NCBI GenBank assembly: GCA_965246715.1
Contig: CBDFFH010000055.1
Location: forward strand, 147,024-211,023
Source: Chamaesiphon sp.
Lineage (GTDB): Bacteria; Cyanobacteriota; Cyanobacteriia; Cyanobacteriales; Chamaesiphonaceae
DNA length: 64,000 nt
Reading direction: 5' to 3'
Shown here: piece by piece, positions 45,847-56,200 of the stretch
Layout: every line of letters begins with the position of its first letter
How positions within the stretch are numbered: position 1 is the stretch's first letter
The notes under the pieces: generated by a model
Told to the model about the DNA's origin: nothing
The model's database searches: none
What the model saw: only the letters and a program-made list of their open reading frames with translations
Program-made: the position numbers and the translations under genes

Positions 45847-46116
45847 ATGCCATTATATGAATTTCGCTGCTCTGAATGTGGCATCTTTGATGAATGGCGC
45901 AGCATCGCCGATCGCAGTAACCCCGTTCGCTGTCCGAGTTGCCAGCTTGCTGCCAACCGAATTCTATCTGTCCCTGGCATCCAATTAAATGGATCGATCC
46001 GGCTCAAAAAGAGTGAAAATCCCGAACCTCAGTTGGTCAAAAAAAGCGAAGTCGATCCCGATAAACGCACCAGACCGAGAAGTCACGGCGGTCGCCCGTG
46101 GATGATTAACCACTAA
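45847..46116 (+). CDS. fmdB: FmdB-family zinc-ribbon protein
   Basis: MPLYEFRCSECG...CPSC...RPWMINH; follows fmdA. Confidence 0.88.
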   Translation: MPLYEFRCSECGIFDEWRSIADRSNPVRCPSCQLAANRILSVPGIQLNGSIRLKKSENPEPQLVKKSEVDPDKRTRPRSHGGRPWMINH

Positions 46117-46580
46117 TTATCCTTCCCCAGTGAGTGTTCTTCATTCGATAAGTTGGTGTGAACAGATCGATCGATCCGAAATTGACAATTTGCGGCTCCG
46201 CTGCGCGCTTGCTCCAATTCTCGGCTTTCGGCACTCAAAATTGTCAAGCGTTTCCACCACCAATAGTAAAACGGCGGTTTTTTCAGTGGTTGATGCGTGA
46301 GTTCTGAAAGGATTAAAGCTTTTTTCTGCGGCGATGGGATTAGAGTGTGTTCGGTAGCTACCGCTCGATCGAGCAGCCTTACCGCGCGCTGGGAAAGCTG
46401 GCGTTGGATGTAGCTAGTGTTTTGCTTGAGACAAACCGCACAAATATCGCCAACGATCGTGCCATCATCGCGACATAACAATGTCCGCAATCGATCGCGG
46501 CGACAGGCTCCTTCACAAACCTGACAACGGAATAATTTTCCCGAACCGGAGCTGAGATTGCGTTCTAATTGAATTTTCAT
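46113..46580 (-). CDS. hypothetical protein with two CxxC motifs
   Basis: CQVC and CAVC in a 155-aa ORF. Confidence 0.65.
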   Translation of the reverse strand: MKIQLERNLSSGSGKLFRCQVCEGACRRDRLRTLLCRDDGTIVGDICAVCLKQNTSYIQRQLSQRAVRLLDRAVATEHTLIPSPQKKALILSELTHQPLKKPPFYYWWWKRLTILSAESRELEQARSGAANCQFRIDRSVHTNLSNEEHSLGKDN

Positions 46581-46733
46581 GTGCCACTACCAAAGATCGA
46601 GCCAGATTGGATTGAGTAGATTTCGTCCCCTAATGGCTTCAGAATAACTGATAAATACGCTACCGTTTGAGGATTTTTGCAATTCTCAATATCAAATTTG
46701 TGCAGGCCGAAACCATTATCAAACCTAACACCA

Positions 46734-47315
46734 ATGTCTCACCCTAAAGATCGATCTTCAATCGCCATCTTGCCATATTTAGATAGTGCCCAGCAGCAGT
46801 TACTTACTCCCACCATCACAATGTGGCAACAGGTCAAAGATTTTGTCAGAAACATTCCCGATCTGCTGGTGCCAAAAGTCGTCCAGGTCGAGATCCCATT
46901 AGACAAACAACTATCTGATGCGATCGCCCAATCCATCCACGATCCAGCCTTTCGGACTCAGTTATTGGCACATCCCAGACAAGCATTAAGCAGCCTGGGG
47001 ATCGAGATACCGCGACCACAACAGGTAACAGTACTGGAAAGTACCTCCACCCAAACCTTTTTAATCTTACCAATGATGACCGATCTCGAGATCGAGCACT
47101 TACAAGCTGGGGTGAGTTCCCAGCGTTCGATGCGATCGGTGAGATCGAGCATTATCCTCAAAGCATGGCAAGATCCCGATTACAAAGCTCGCTTGTGTGC
47201 CGATCCCAAAGCAGTACTCATCGCTGAAGGCATTAAAATTCCCGAGCTGGCGACAGTTAAAGTCCTGGAAAATAACTTAGAAAATTTGTATCTAGTCATA
47301 CCCACGATCCATTAG
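46734..47315 (+). CDS. tandem NHLP-leader (nitrile hydratase alpha-like) domain protein
   Basis: DPAFRTQLLAHPRQAL...VLE...FLILP and KAWQDPDYKARLCADPKAVL...VLEN...YLVIP. Confidence 0.8.
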   Translation: MSHPKDRSSIAILPYLDSAQQQLLTPTITMWQQVKDFVRNIPDLLVPKVVQVEIPLDKQLSDAIAQSIHDPAFRTQLLAHPRQALSSLGIEIPRPQQVTVLESTSTQTFLILPMMTDLEIEHLQAGVSSQRSMRSVRSSIILKAWQDPDYKARLCADPKAVLIAEGIKIPELATVKVLENNLENLYLVIPTIH

Positions 47316-47331
47316 CTAGATCTAACCTGTC

Positions 47332-47368
47332 GCAAGCAGGGGAGCGTGTGTCACGCTCTCCTGCTTGC
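47332..47368. terminator. strong hairpin after the NHLP-like gene
   Basis: GCAAGCAGGGGAGCGTG-TGT-CACGCTCTCCTGCTTGC. Confidence 0.6.
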
Positions 47369-47478
47369 TAATAAATACCAGCCAAACTTAATTCAAAAAA
47401 ATGTATGCGCGTGTATTCTAATCTCGATCGCTTGGGTACTCTAAACAAAGAAAGTAGTACCACATCCAAAGCTGCCCT

Positions 47479-48048
47479 ATGTCGGAAACTATCATTGATG
47501 CTATCGATCGCTTAATGCCATTGATTATCCACTCTACTTGCATCCACTCCAATCTCTGGGACGCACCCCATCAACAATTGCCACTGCGCGACTATTCGCT
47601 GAGCTGGGTTATTGTCGATCGCAACGCGCGCGGACGAGTTTCCTACCAAGATGTCACACCAGAAATGGTCGAAGTCTGGGAAGATGAAGGGATCGACTGG
47701 CAGCAGCGAGCAGCAATCAATCTCAAAGTAGCATCGCAAGAATTATGGACGCATCAAAAGCTGCGTCAAGACGGTAGTGTTGTCTGGGCGATCATGATGC
47801 ATAACGATGGCTTTGGCTCGTCGCGGGTGTTGCTTTCGCCCTATTTAGACAAATATTTCCCCGATGGCTACTATGTGGCGATCCCCGATCGCAGTATCGG
47901 CATTATCATTCCCAACAATCTCTCCATCAGCGAAATGCAAGAAACTCAAGATTTACTCGAATCTTGGTATGACAGTGCATCTGCACCAATGAGTCCGCAT
48001 TTATTTGCTCCTGACGATCTAATTCCCGAACATTATCACTGGAATTAA
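47479..48048 (+). CDS. hypothetical protein (DUF1444-like)
   Basis: AAINL...DGFGSSRVLL...VAIPDRS pattern. Confidence 0.6.
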   Translation: MSETIIDAIDRLMPLIIHSTCIHSNLWDAPHQQLPLRDYSLSWVIVDRNARGRVSYQDVTPEMVEVWEDEGIDWQQRAAINLKVASQELWTHQKLRQDGSVVWAIMMHNDGFGSSRVLLSPYLDKYFPDGYYVAIPDRSIGIIIPNNLSISEMQETQDLLESWYDSASAPMSPHLFAPDDLIPEHYHWN

Positions 48049-48282
48049 ATCGTAACTAATTATCATAATATTAATTGTCATAATATTTTCAATTTAATAT
48101 TTAGTTCGATAAATTTATTTAGCGCGTTGAGGGTGTTTGTCTCGATGCGCTAGAATCGATCGAGACCATTTTTTTTCAAACAATCTAAGCTTAAGTAGCA
48201 CAGCTTCGATCGCGAGCGAGTGGAGATTGCTAGTTAAATCGCGTTCGACAATTATTGGATTACTAGATTTGAGTTAAGCTAT

Positions 48283-48588
48283 TTAGACTAAACTATCCAA
48301 TTTCGATTGAATCATCTCTACCAGATCGGCAACTGTGATGCAAGCACAGTCAGTAAAATCAGCAAAGAAATGTAATTCAAAAGCTTCTGACAAATCGATG
48401 TAGATATTCGCAGCTTCTAAATAGTCGAGTAAGTCTTCCGATCCGGATATTCGTTTGCGATGAGTGGCGAGCAAATCGATAAAGTGATGAAATTGAAAAT
48501 CGAGATCGATCGCGTCTGGGTCGATTTCTAAGTTCCTTGCAATAATTATTCTGACGATTTCAAAGATATTTTGGTGGCCGCGTTGCAT
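48283..48588 (-). CDS. acyl-carrier-protein-like protein lacking the canonical serine
   Basis: VRIIIARNLEID...LDYLE...LSEAFEL...ITVADLVEMI. Confidence 0.55.
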   Translation of the reverse strand: MQRGHQNIFEIVRIIIARNLEIDPDAIDLDFQFHHFIDLLATHRKRISGSEDLLDYLEAANIYIDLSEAFELHFFADFTDCACITVADLVEMIQSKLDSLV

Positions 48589-48950
48589 TATCTAACTCAA
48601 ACTAGGTGATAAAATTCTCGATTTTCGAGCAAGGTTAACTAGATAAAGCAATCGCCGCTCGATATTTGAATCGATTGAGTAAGACTTTAAATGCTCATTA
48701 CTGTTATAGCCACCAACTACTGACATCGACATTGGTATAATAGCTCAACCTAGACGATCGATTGTCAAAGCCAAAGTATAGTAATTAGCTATTTGACTGA
48801 TGCCTTGGGGACATTGACAAGATGAGATCGATCGCCGCATCAGTAAAGAATGTCAGTTACTAACGCTCGATCCAAATAGTTTGTTAATATCTTGAAGGAT
48901 CGATTTATTCAATCCGAAAAACCAATTACGCCAAGAGTTGTATTTGACTG

Positions 48951-49916
48951 ATGCCTTGGACGCAGTTACATAGTCAGCTTCATCAAATTCTGATCGATCG
49001 GCAGTTACTGCCTGTCGGCGCAAATATTTTGCTGGCAGTATCTGGCGGGCAAGATTCATTATGCTTGGGGCAATTACTCCGAGATTTACAATCGCGCTGG
49101 CAATGGCAGCTCAGTGTCGCGCACTGCGATCATGGGTGGACGCAGGATGTCGGTATTGCCGAGCGTGTCGCTCAAGTAGTCGGATTGTGGCAATTACCAT
49201 TTGCTTGTGAAACGATCGCCAATCTTCCCGAAACCGAAGCCGCAGCGCGAGAGTGGCGTTATCAGTCGTTAATTCGGATGGCGCAAGCTACCAACAGCAC
49301 TTATATTGTCACCGCCCATACCCAAACCGACAGAGCCGAAACTTTACTCTACAACCTGATTCGTGGTGCGGGTGCTGACGGTTTGAGCGCGCTCAATTGG
49401 CAGCGGCAATTGACGGATGAGATTAAATTAGTGCGCCCCTTATTAGAAGTGAATCGCTCGGCAACTGGGGCTTTTTGTCAAGAGTATCGATTGCCCGTGT
49501 GGGAAGATGCCTACAATCGCGATCGCAAGTACGCCCGCATCCGCCTTAGAACTGAAATTATTCCCCAATTAGCCACTGAATTTAATCCCCAAGTCGAAAG
49601 CCATTTAGCCCGCACGGCAGAGCTGTTACGGGCTGATGTGGAATATTTAGAATTATTAGCTACAGATCTTTACCTTCATGTAACAAACTCAGCTGGAACC
49701 AAACTCGATCGCTTTGCGCTCCAACTCTCACCCCTAGCCATCCAGCGCCGCGTCATTCGCCAATTTCTCACCCAAGCCTTAGACAAGATGCCAACATTCG
49801 GTCAGATTGAAGACACGATCGCGCTACTCCACGCCCCCAATCGCACTCGGACTTCCAGCTTCAGTCAAGGTTTAGCCGCTGAAGTATCGGGTCAGTGGAT
49901 TGTGGTCAGGGAGTAG
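48951..49916 (+). CDS. tilS: tRNA(Ile)-lysidine synthetase
   Basis: AVSGGQDS, EAAAREWRY, TAHTQTDRAET, VRPLL. Confidence 0.95.
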   Translation: MPWTQLHSQLHQILIDRQLLPVGANILLAVSGGQDSLCLGQLLRDLQSRWQWQLSVAHCDHGWTQDVGIAERVAQVVGLWQLPFACETIANLPETEAAAREWRYQSLIRMAQATNSTYIVTAHTQTDRAETLLYNLIRGAGADGLSALNWQRQLTDEIKLVRPLLEVNRSATGAFCQEYRLPVWEDAYNRDRKYARIRLRTEIIPQLATEFNPQVESHLARTAELLRADVEYLELLATDLYLHVTNSAGTKLDRFALQLSPLAIQRRVIRQFLTQALDKMPTFGQIEDTIALLHAPNRTRTSSFSQGLAAEVSGQWIVVRE

Positions 49917-50064
49917 TAATAAGGGGTTAGCTGTTAGGAGTTAGGGAATAGGGGGCAGAAATTAGGCTCTAAATAACCCAAGTTGCTACCTATAGAACGC
50001 CTACAATTGTGTCTTGATTCGCTAAACCCTCGGGGAACCCGAGGAGCGCGAATCGCAAATCGTG

Positions 50065-50160
50065 GCTAATGTTGCAAAGTCCGTCTTCGCGGACTAATAA
50101 ACTAGTCCGCGAAGGCAGGCTTTTGCCGCGAGCGGCAACAACCGGACTTTGCATTCCGAG
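50065..50160. repeat. dispersed palindromic intergenic repeat family
   Basis: AAGTCCG(C/T)CTTCGCGGACT-type hairpins; relatives at about 24190-24250, 31975-32000 and 44375-44405. Confidence 0.7.
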
Positions 50161-50531
50161 GAGCGGTTTCTAACCGCTTAGGTTATAGGTAGCAACTTGG
50201 GTTAGGTAGTGGTGAATTTAATGTTGAAGATCGATCGAGGTTGAGTGTTGGCTGGAGAAAGCTAACACTCTGCTTGGATGTATCGGCAGCTAAAGGATTG
50301 GATGAATATTTGGCAACGGTTTGAAAGGCACCATTGGGATGATCGCCTGTGATAATCGACAGGATCTGCTGGTCTGTCGGATTACTGAGTGGGGCGAGGG
50401 TGGGGCTGGACATGCCCACCCTACGGGGTAGGATCCGTAGGGATCGACCCTCACAAGGCGCAGATTAAGTCAATTACATAAAAATAGACTATAATTAGGA
50501 GCGGTAGTACTAGTTAGCTTTTCGTCAAAAC

Positions 50532-51008
50532 ATGTTGTGCGATCGAGAAATAAACACAGTAGTGTCTTGCTTTGAGGTAGCAAATTATTTTATTTGGTTA
50601 GCAAGAGAAACAGGCTCTTTTGTTAGCAACCTCAAGCTGCAAAAATTAGTATATTACGCGCAAGCTTGGCATTTAGCGATTCATGGCGAGCCACTATTTG
50701 AGGAAGATTTTCAGGCGTGGGTACACGGACCAGCAATTCCTGAGTTATATCAGAAATATAAATCTTTTGGTTGGCGACCGATCTCTGTAGATGTCACGCC
50801 GCAACTTCCGCCCGCGACGATCGAATTTCTAGAAAAGGTCAGCGATGAATACTTTAGCTGCGATGGGTATGAATTAGAGCGGATGACTCATGCTGAAGCT
50901 CCTTGGAATTTAGCTAGATGTGGACTAGCTGCTGATGTAGCTTCTTGCGCGCAGATTGAGAAAACTTGGATGCAGGAGTATTACGGGGCGCGTGTCGAAG
51001 AAAATTAA
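50532..51008 (+). CDS. Panacea (DUF4065/SocA-like) antitoxin
   Basis: SNLKLQKLVYYAQ, FQAWVHGP, LERMTHAEAPW. Confidence 0.92.
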   Translation: MLCDREINTVVSCFEVANYFIWLARETGSFVSNLKLQKLVYYAQAWHLAIHGEPLFEEDFQAWVHGPAIPELYQKYKSFGWRPISVDVTPQLPPATIEFLEKVSDEYFSCDGYELERMTHAEAPWNLARCGLAADVASCAQIEKTWMQEYYGARVEEN

Positions 51009-51423
51009 GAAGACACAACTCCCCACACCTGGTAAGTAAGGAATCACACCAACACAACTAGCTCCAGTCGGGATTAGTTTTTCGTTTAAGTATTATCAGG
51101 ACGGACATGAGTGGTTTCATTGTCGGGACAAAGGTAGTAGTTATTTGCTAACTTTGCTCGATCGATTGAAGTCTTTATCGGGGTTGTCGGTTCGAGAGTT
51201 ATTAACTAATCGTAGTAGTGCTTTGCGCTGTCATCCGATCGATTGGAATGATACTAGCGAGTCGGGATTTGGCTTGCCCAATGAGGAACAGTTGGTTGAT
51301 ACTCCCTATCAGTTTTCACTATCAGCAAACGAACATGGTCGGGTGCATGGCTTTTTTATCGATGAGGTTTTTTATGTTGTTTGGTTAGATCCAGACCATT
51401 TGCTCTATCCTGGTAAGGGGTGA
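50992..51423 (+). pseudogene. putative PanT toxin partner with in-frame TAA at 51037
   Basis: GTG 50992 overlaps the antitoxin end: MSKKIKKTQLPTPGK*GITP...ISFSFKY...HGRVHGFFIDEVFYVVWLDPDHLLY. Confidence 0.75.
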
Positions 51424-51632
51424 TTGTAGTAGCGATCGCGTAATTTAATAGCCGCCATCTGCGCTCGATTGAATGCACCGATCGATATTGAGCATGATTT
51501 GAAATTGTCGATCGGCAATGTCATCAGATGCGATCGAGTCAAATAAACCCGATCGCATCAACAGCGATCGATTGTTTCAAATCGTCGATCGAGATAACAA
51601 TCCAAAGTTGTTGCTCCGTCTCGATTTGAAGT

Positions 51633-51653
51633 GGTGGGCAATGCCCACCCTAC
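51633..51653 (-). repeat. GTAG-type REP hairpin (representative copy)
   Basis: GTAGGGTGGGCATTGCCCACC on the minus strand; further copies ending near 50425, 52112, 58314, 58723, 58767 and 63923, all co-oriented. Confidence 0.8.
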
Positions 51654-51662
51654 TGGGACTAT

Positions 51663-52118
51663 CTGATTTCTGCGCTGTCGATCGAAAAAGTAGAATCTCT
51701 TGGTGAGGCTCTATTAGATTTTAATTCGCTCGCCGATCTCGAATCCTGGCTAAATCAAAATTAACGCTCGATTAGACTCGAGCGAGTCTTCCAAATCACG
51801 ATCGAGCGATTACAATCCCGCCGATTCGACAGAGCTGATGGTACGCGATCGCAATCAGCAAATAATTAAGCGATCGATCCAAAATTTCACGATCGATAAT
51901 TTAGCGCAGTTGCTGAGTCAAAATTAACGTTCGCATAGCGTGCCAGAGGCGATCGAATTATCACTTTCGCTCGAGTTAAACATAATTGCCGCTCGAGTCA
52001 AGCGATCCCGATCGATCCAACAAATAGCGACCCAGTATGTCAGATCGATCGTAAAATTGATTCAAACCTTTGCTGTGCCTTAATTTGATGTGGTGGGCAA
52101 TGCCCACCCTACGATTCT
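51663..52118 (+). repeat. 456-bp direct repeat A, copy 1 (Rpn 3' end plus downstream DNA)
   Basis: Matches 57865-58320 at constant offset 6202. Confidence 0.95.
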
Positions 52119-52128
52119 GCTCTCTGGG

Positions 52129-52372
52129 ACTAGAAACCAACTAAACGATCGATCTCAATGGCACTGCTCGATCGAAAATGTAGAATCTCTCGGTGAGGCT
52201 CTATTCGATTTTAATTCGATCGCGGATCTCGAATCCTGGTTGAGTCAAAATTAACGATCGATCTGAAATATCGATCGAGTGTATTATGGCGATCGAACAT
52301 AAATCGATCGCCAGTAGTTCGAGAAAATGCGATCGAGCCAATAAATAGCGATCGCATTTACCGAAATCGATC
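52129..52372 (+). repeat. direct repeat B, copy 1
   Basis: Matches about 63581-63858; begins with the last codons (LETN*) of the 62654 gene and contains another DUF4351-tail fragment. Confidence 0.9.
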
Positions 52373-52379
52373 GCTCGTG

Positions 52380-53206
52380 GGCGTTGCTGGATTAGGATAT
52401 GATCTAAGGCGATCGAGAGAAGTAACAAGAGCAAATATCTAAATGGAATGTCCTGAATGTAGATCGTCCAATATCAATAAAAATGGGCGAATAAAGGGAA
52501 AGCAGAACCATATTTGTAAAGACTGCGGACGGCAATTTATAGATTGTTATGAAGCACACAGAGGATATTCACCACAAATCAAGCAGAAATGTTTGTCAAT
52601 GTATGTTAATGGGATGGGATTTCGAGCAATAGAAAGAGTAATGGGTGTGCATAATACAACTGTCATGGATTGGGTGAAGCAAGTAGGGGCAAATCTCCCA
52701 GATTACTATAATTCAGACCAAATACCAGAAGTTGGTGAGTTGGATGAGTTAGAGACGTTTGTTGGCTCAAAAAAAACAAGATCTGGCTCTGGACGGCAGT
52801 AAATCACTTTCAGATGGGTATTTTAGGATGGGTATTAGGCGACCACAGTGCTAAGACATTTAGACCGCTATGGGAGAATTTGGTAAGTACATGGAAATGT
52901 TATTTTTATGTGACGGATGGGTGGAGGGTCTATCCAATATTTATTCCAGATGGTGACCAAATCGTGAGTAAAACTTATATGACAAGAGTTGAGGGTGAAA
53001 ACACTAGGCTCAGACATTACTTAGCTCGATTAAAAAGAAAAACATTATGTTATTCTAAGTGCGAACAAATGCTAAAGCATTCTATTAGATTGTTAATTCA
53101 TTATCTTAAATTTGGTGAAGTACCAACTCCTAATTCAGTTAGTTCTGGCGATCGACGGCACAGATTACCTCTCGATCGCCAAATCATATCTTAATCCAGC
53201 AACGCC
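52380..53206 (+). mobile_element. IS1-family element (insA 52443..52802, insB to 53194, -1 frameshift)
   Basis: 24-bp IRs GGCGTTGCTGGATTA(G/A)GATATGAT; CPEC/CKDC zinc finger; ELDE; A-run slippery site near 52769; no target duplication. Confidence 0.93.
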
Positions 53207-56200
53207 CCTTCTGGAAGATCTGCATTGTCATATTTGTTTTTAGGTGCTTGAAGGAGATCGGGGAAGACTAAATCGGCGATAATGCCAACGCCGACGCTTT
53301 TAGCAACATTAGTCAGTACCGTATTACTTAATCCACCTGGTGAAAATGTTCCTACTCGGCCAAATCCCAAAGCACTAGCTAGAACTAAAGCAGTTTTATC
53401 GACATTATCCTCAGTCGCCAAGGAAGAGAGCAATCCAAACCCCGTACCAACAAACTGTTTGGCACCACCAATAATGCCCCCTTCATTTTGCCCAGCAACG
53501 GCAACACCCGTCCAATACTCCAAGCCAGCTTGAGCATTACTGGTGACAGTATTACGGAAACTAATAGAGCCATTAACAATAGCCTGACCAGTATTATTTA
53601 GACCCTGCTGGAGAGTGCGGACACCATTATTCCAAGTCTGTTGGGCACCATTCCAAGCCTCCTCTAACGACCACATCCCAGTCGGATCGGTAGCCAACGT
53701 CGAACTATTACCAACATAGCGATACAGATTCGTATCCCCAGCCCCAAACCCCAACGGATCGACACTAATAAACCGTCCCACATTCGGGTCATAATACCGC
53801 GCTCGATAATAATCCAACCCACTCTCCAGATCCCGCTCCCGTCCCGTATACCCATATCGGAACTGCACACTCGGATTAGTCTCACTCAACACCCGTCCGA
53901 AACTATCGAACGTCCGTTTATCGACAACATTCCCCTGAGCATCCGTCAACAGATCGACACTCCCCAACCTGTCCGCCAACGCCCATACCATCCCAGAATA
54001 GTTGACAGTTGACAGTGGATAGTTGACAGCGAAACTATCCTGAGCCAGAACTTGGTCTACATTCAGCCCATATAAGTAGTGATACGTCTCATTCCCATCA
54101 CCATCGGTGACAAACGCAATCTGATTTCTGTCGAGGTAATAATTCTCAGTCTTCGCTGTCAACTGTCCACTATCAACTGTCAACTGAATACGTTGGTCGT
54201 TCGCATCGTACTCATACTCCACCGTCTCCAGCACCGCACCGCCACTAGCGACAGTGACGATCGACATTAACCGATTCCGATCGTCCCAGGTATAGTTATC
54301 GACAATACCCGTCGCCATCTCCGTCCGTTTCGTCCGATTCCCCTCAGCATCGTACAAATAGTTATACGTGCCATCTGACAACAACCGATTATCGGCACCC
54401 GTCGTATACCCAGTATTAATCCGATTGCCATTGAGGTCGTAGGTATACGCCTCATTATTACTACCAGTAACGGTTTTCACTTGGTCGATGCGATCGTAAC
54501 CAATGGTGCGAATTTGACCGTCTACAGTCTCGGTCTGTAATCTGTCGAGATTATCGATGATATAGCTACTTTTGTCGATAATTACGTTAGCACTATCTCG
54601 GTGTTCGATCCCCGTCAAACGTCCGTAGAAATCGTAAGCATTCGTGGTTTTAACCTTTAACAATCCATCGACATCCCGTTCGACTCTGGTATTTAACCCT
54701 GTAGCTGGATCGTATGTAAATTTGACATCTTTAGTGGCTAAACCTACTCCCGTCTGACTAATCTTCGTATTCAAATAACGCGGGTCGTTATACTCATAAA
54801 TTGTCGTCGCTTGGGGCTGAGTCGCGTTACCGACCCATTCCTGCGCTCGGGTGAGATTGCCAATCTCGTCGTATTTATACTTGAAGCTGACAGTGGGATT
54901 TAGTGCCTGAATGCGATCGACTGTTTCGAGTAAGTCGGTATGGTCGTAAGTATAGACATACTTAATGTTGCCATCGTCAGCTGTTAAGCGATTGCCATTT
55001 TCATCGTAGGTGTAGGTAAATTGTTGACCATTATCCCAGAGTTCCCTTGTCACCCGACCGCCGAAGACGGCGCGCAAGCTTCGAGATGATCGTAACTGTA
55101 ATTAATAATCCGTCCGTTACGATCGGTTGTTTGGGTGCGATTGCCAACGAGATCGTAGTTGTAGAAGCGAGTGCCGAAATTGGTCTGTTCGGTAGTTAAT
55201 CTGCCAGGAGTATCGTAGCTGTAGGTGGTAATGTTGCCGACAGCATCTTTAATCGTTTTGGTGCGATCGTCGGCGGTGTAGGTATAGTAGGTATGACCAC
55301 CTTTAGCATCGATAATTTGAGTTTGGCGGTTGCGTTCGTCGTAGTAGTGACGGGTGCTGCGTCCGAGGGAGTCGATTTCGGTGGTAAGGTTGCCTGCTGT
55401 ATCGGTGATCTCATAGCTGGTGCCATTGTAAGGATCGAAGATCGTGGTCTGGTTGAGTGCGTCTTGGTAGCTGTAATGGGTATCTTGACTGAATGTATCT
55501 GTCGCGGTAATTACGCGGTCTACAGCGTCGGATCGAGTGGCTGATGTCTGCTGTTTGGTGGCATCGTAGGTGGCACTTTGGCGACCGAATCTGTCATACA
55601 GTATGTATGTTGCGTTACCCAAAGCATCGATCGTTTTGATGACTTTACCTGTGAGCAAACTAGTAGGAGCGGCGAGAATACCCAATGGGAGTTCGGCAAG
55701 TACCGTGTTAACTAACGTGTCGGTGTCGAAGTATCGAGTATCGGTTGTATCGTTATAAGGATCGATAATTCTGGTCTGACGGTTTAATTCATCGTAGATG
55801 TAGTTTGTTGCATAACCGCGTCCGTTGGTTTCGGTGATGAGATTGCCAACTTTGTCGTATTGATAATGTGTGGTGGTTGCGTCGGCGGTACCGAAGGCTT
55901 GAGTAACATCGGTTTGACGGTTGAGTTTGTCGTATGTCGATTTAGTAATCCGTCCGAGGGCATCGGTGACACTGATGGCATTGCCGACACCATCGAAGGT
56001 TGTTAATGTCGAGGCTTCGTCGGTACTGCCTGCCGCAGTAGTTATCTTAATCTGGCGATTTAGTTCGTCGTATTTGTAATTGGTGGTGCGAAGACCTGTA
56101 TCGGTCGTGCGGTCTTCGCTGATGATATTGCTAACGTTATCGTAGGTAATATGGGAGATTTGTCCGAGGGAATCTTTGGTATTGGTGCGGCGATTTAATT

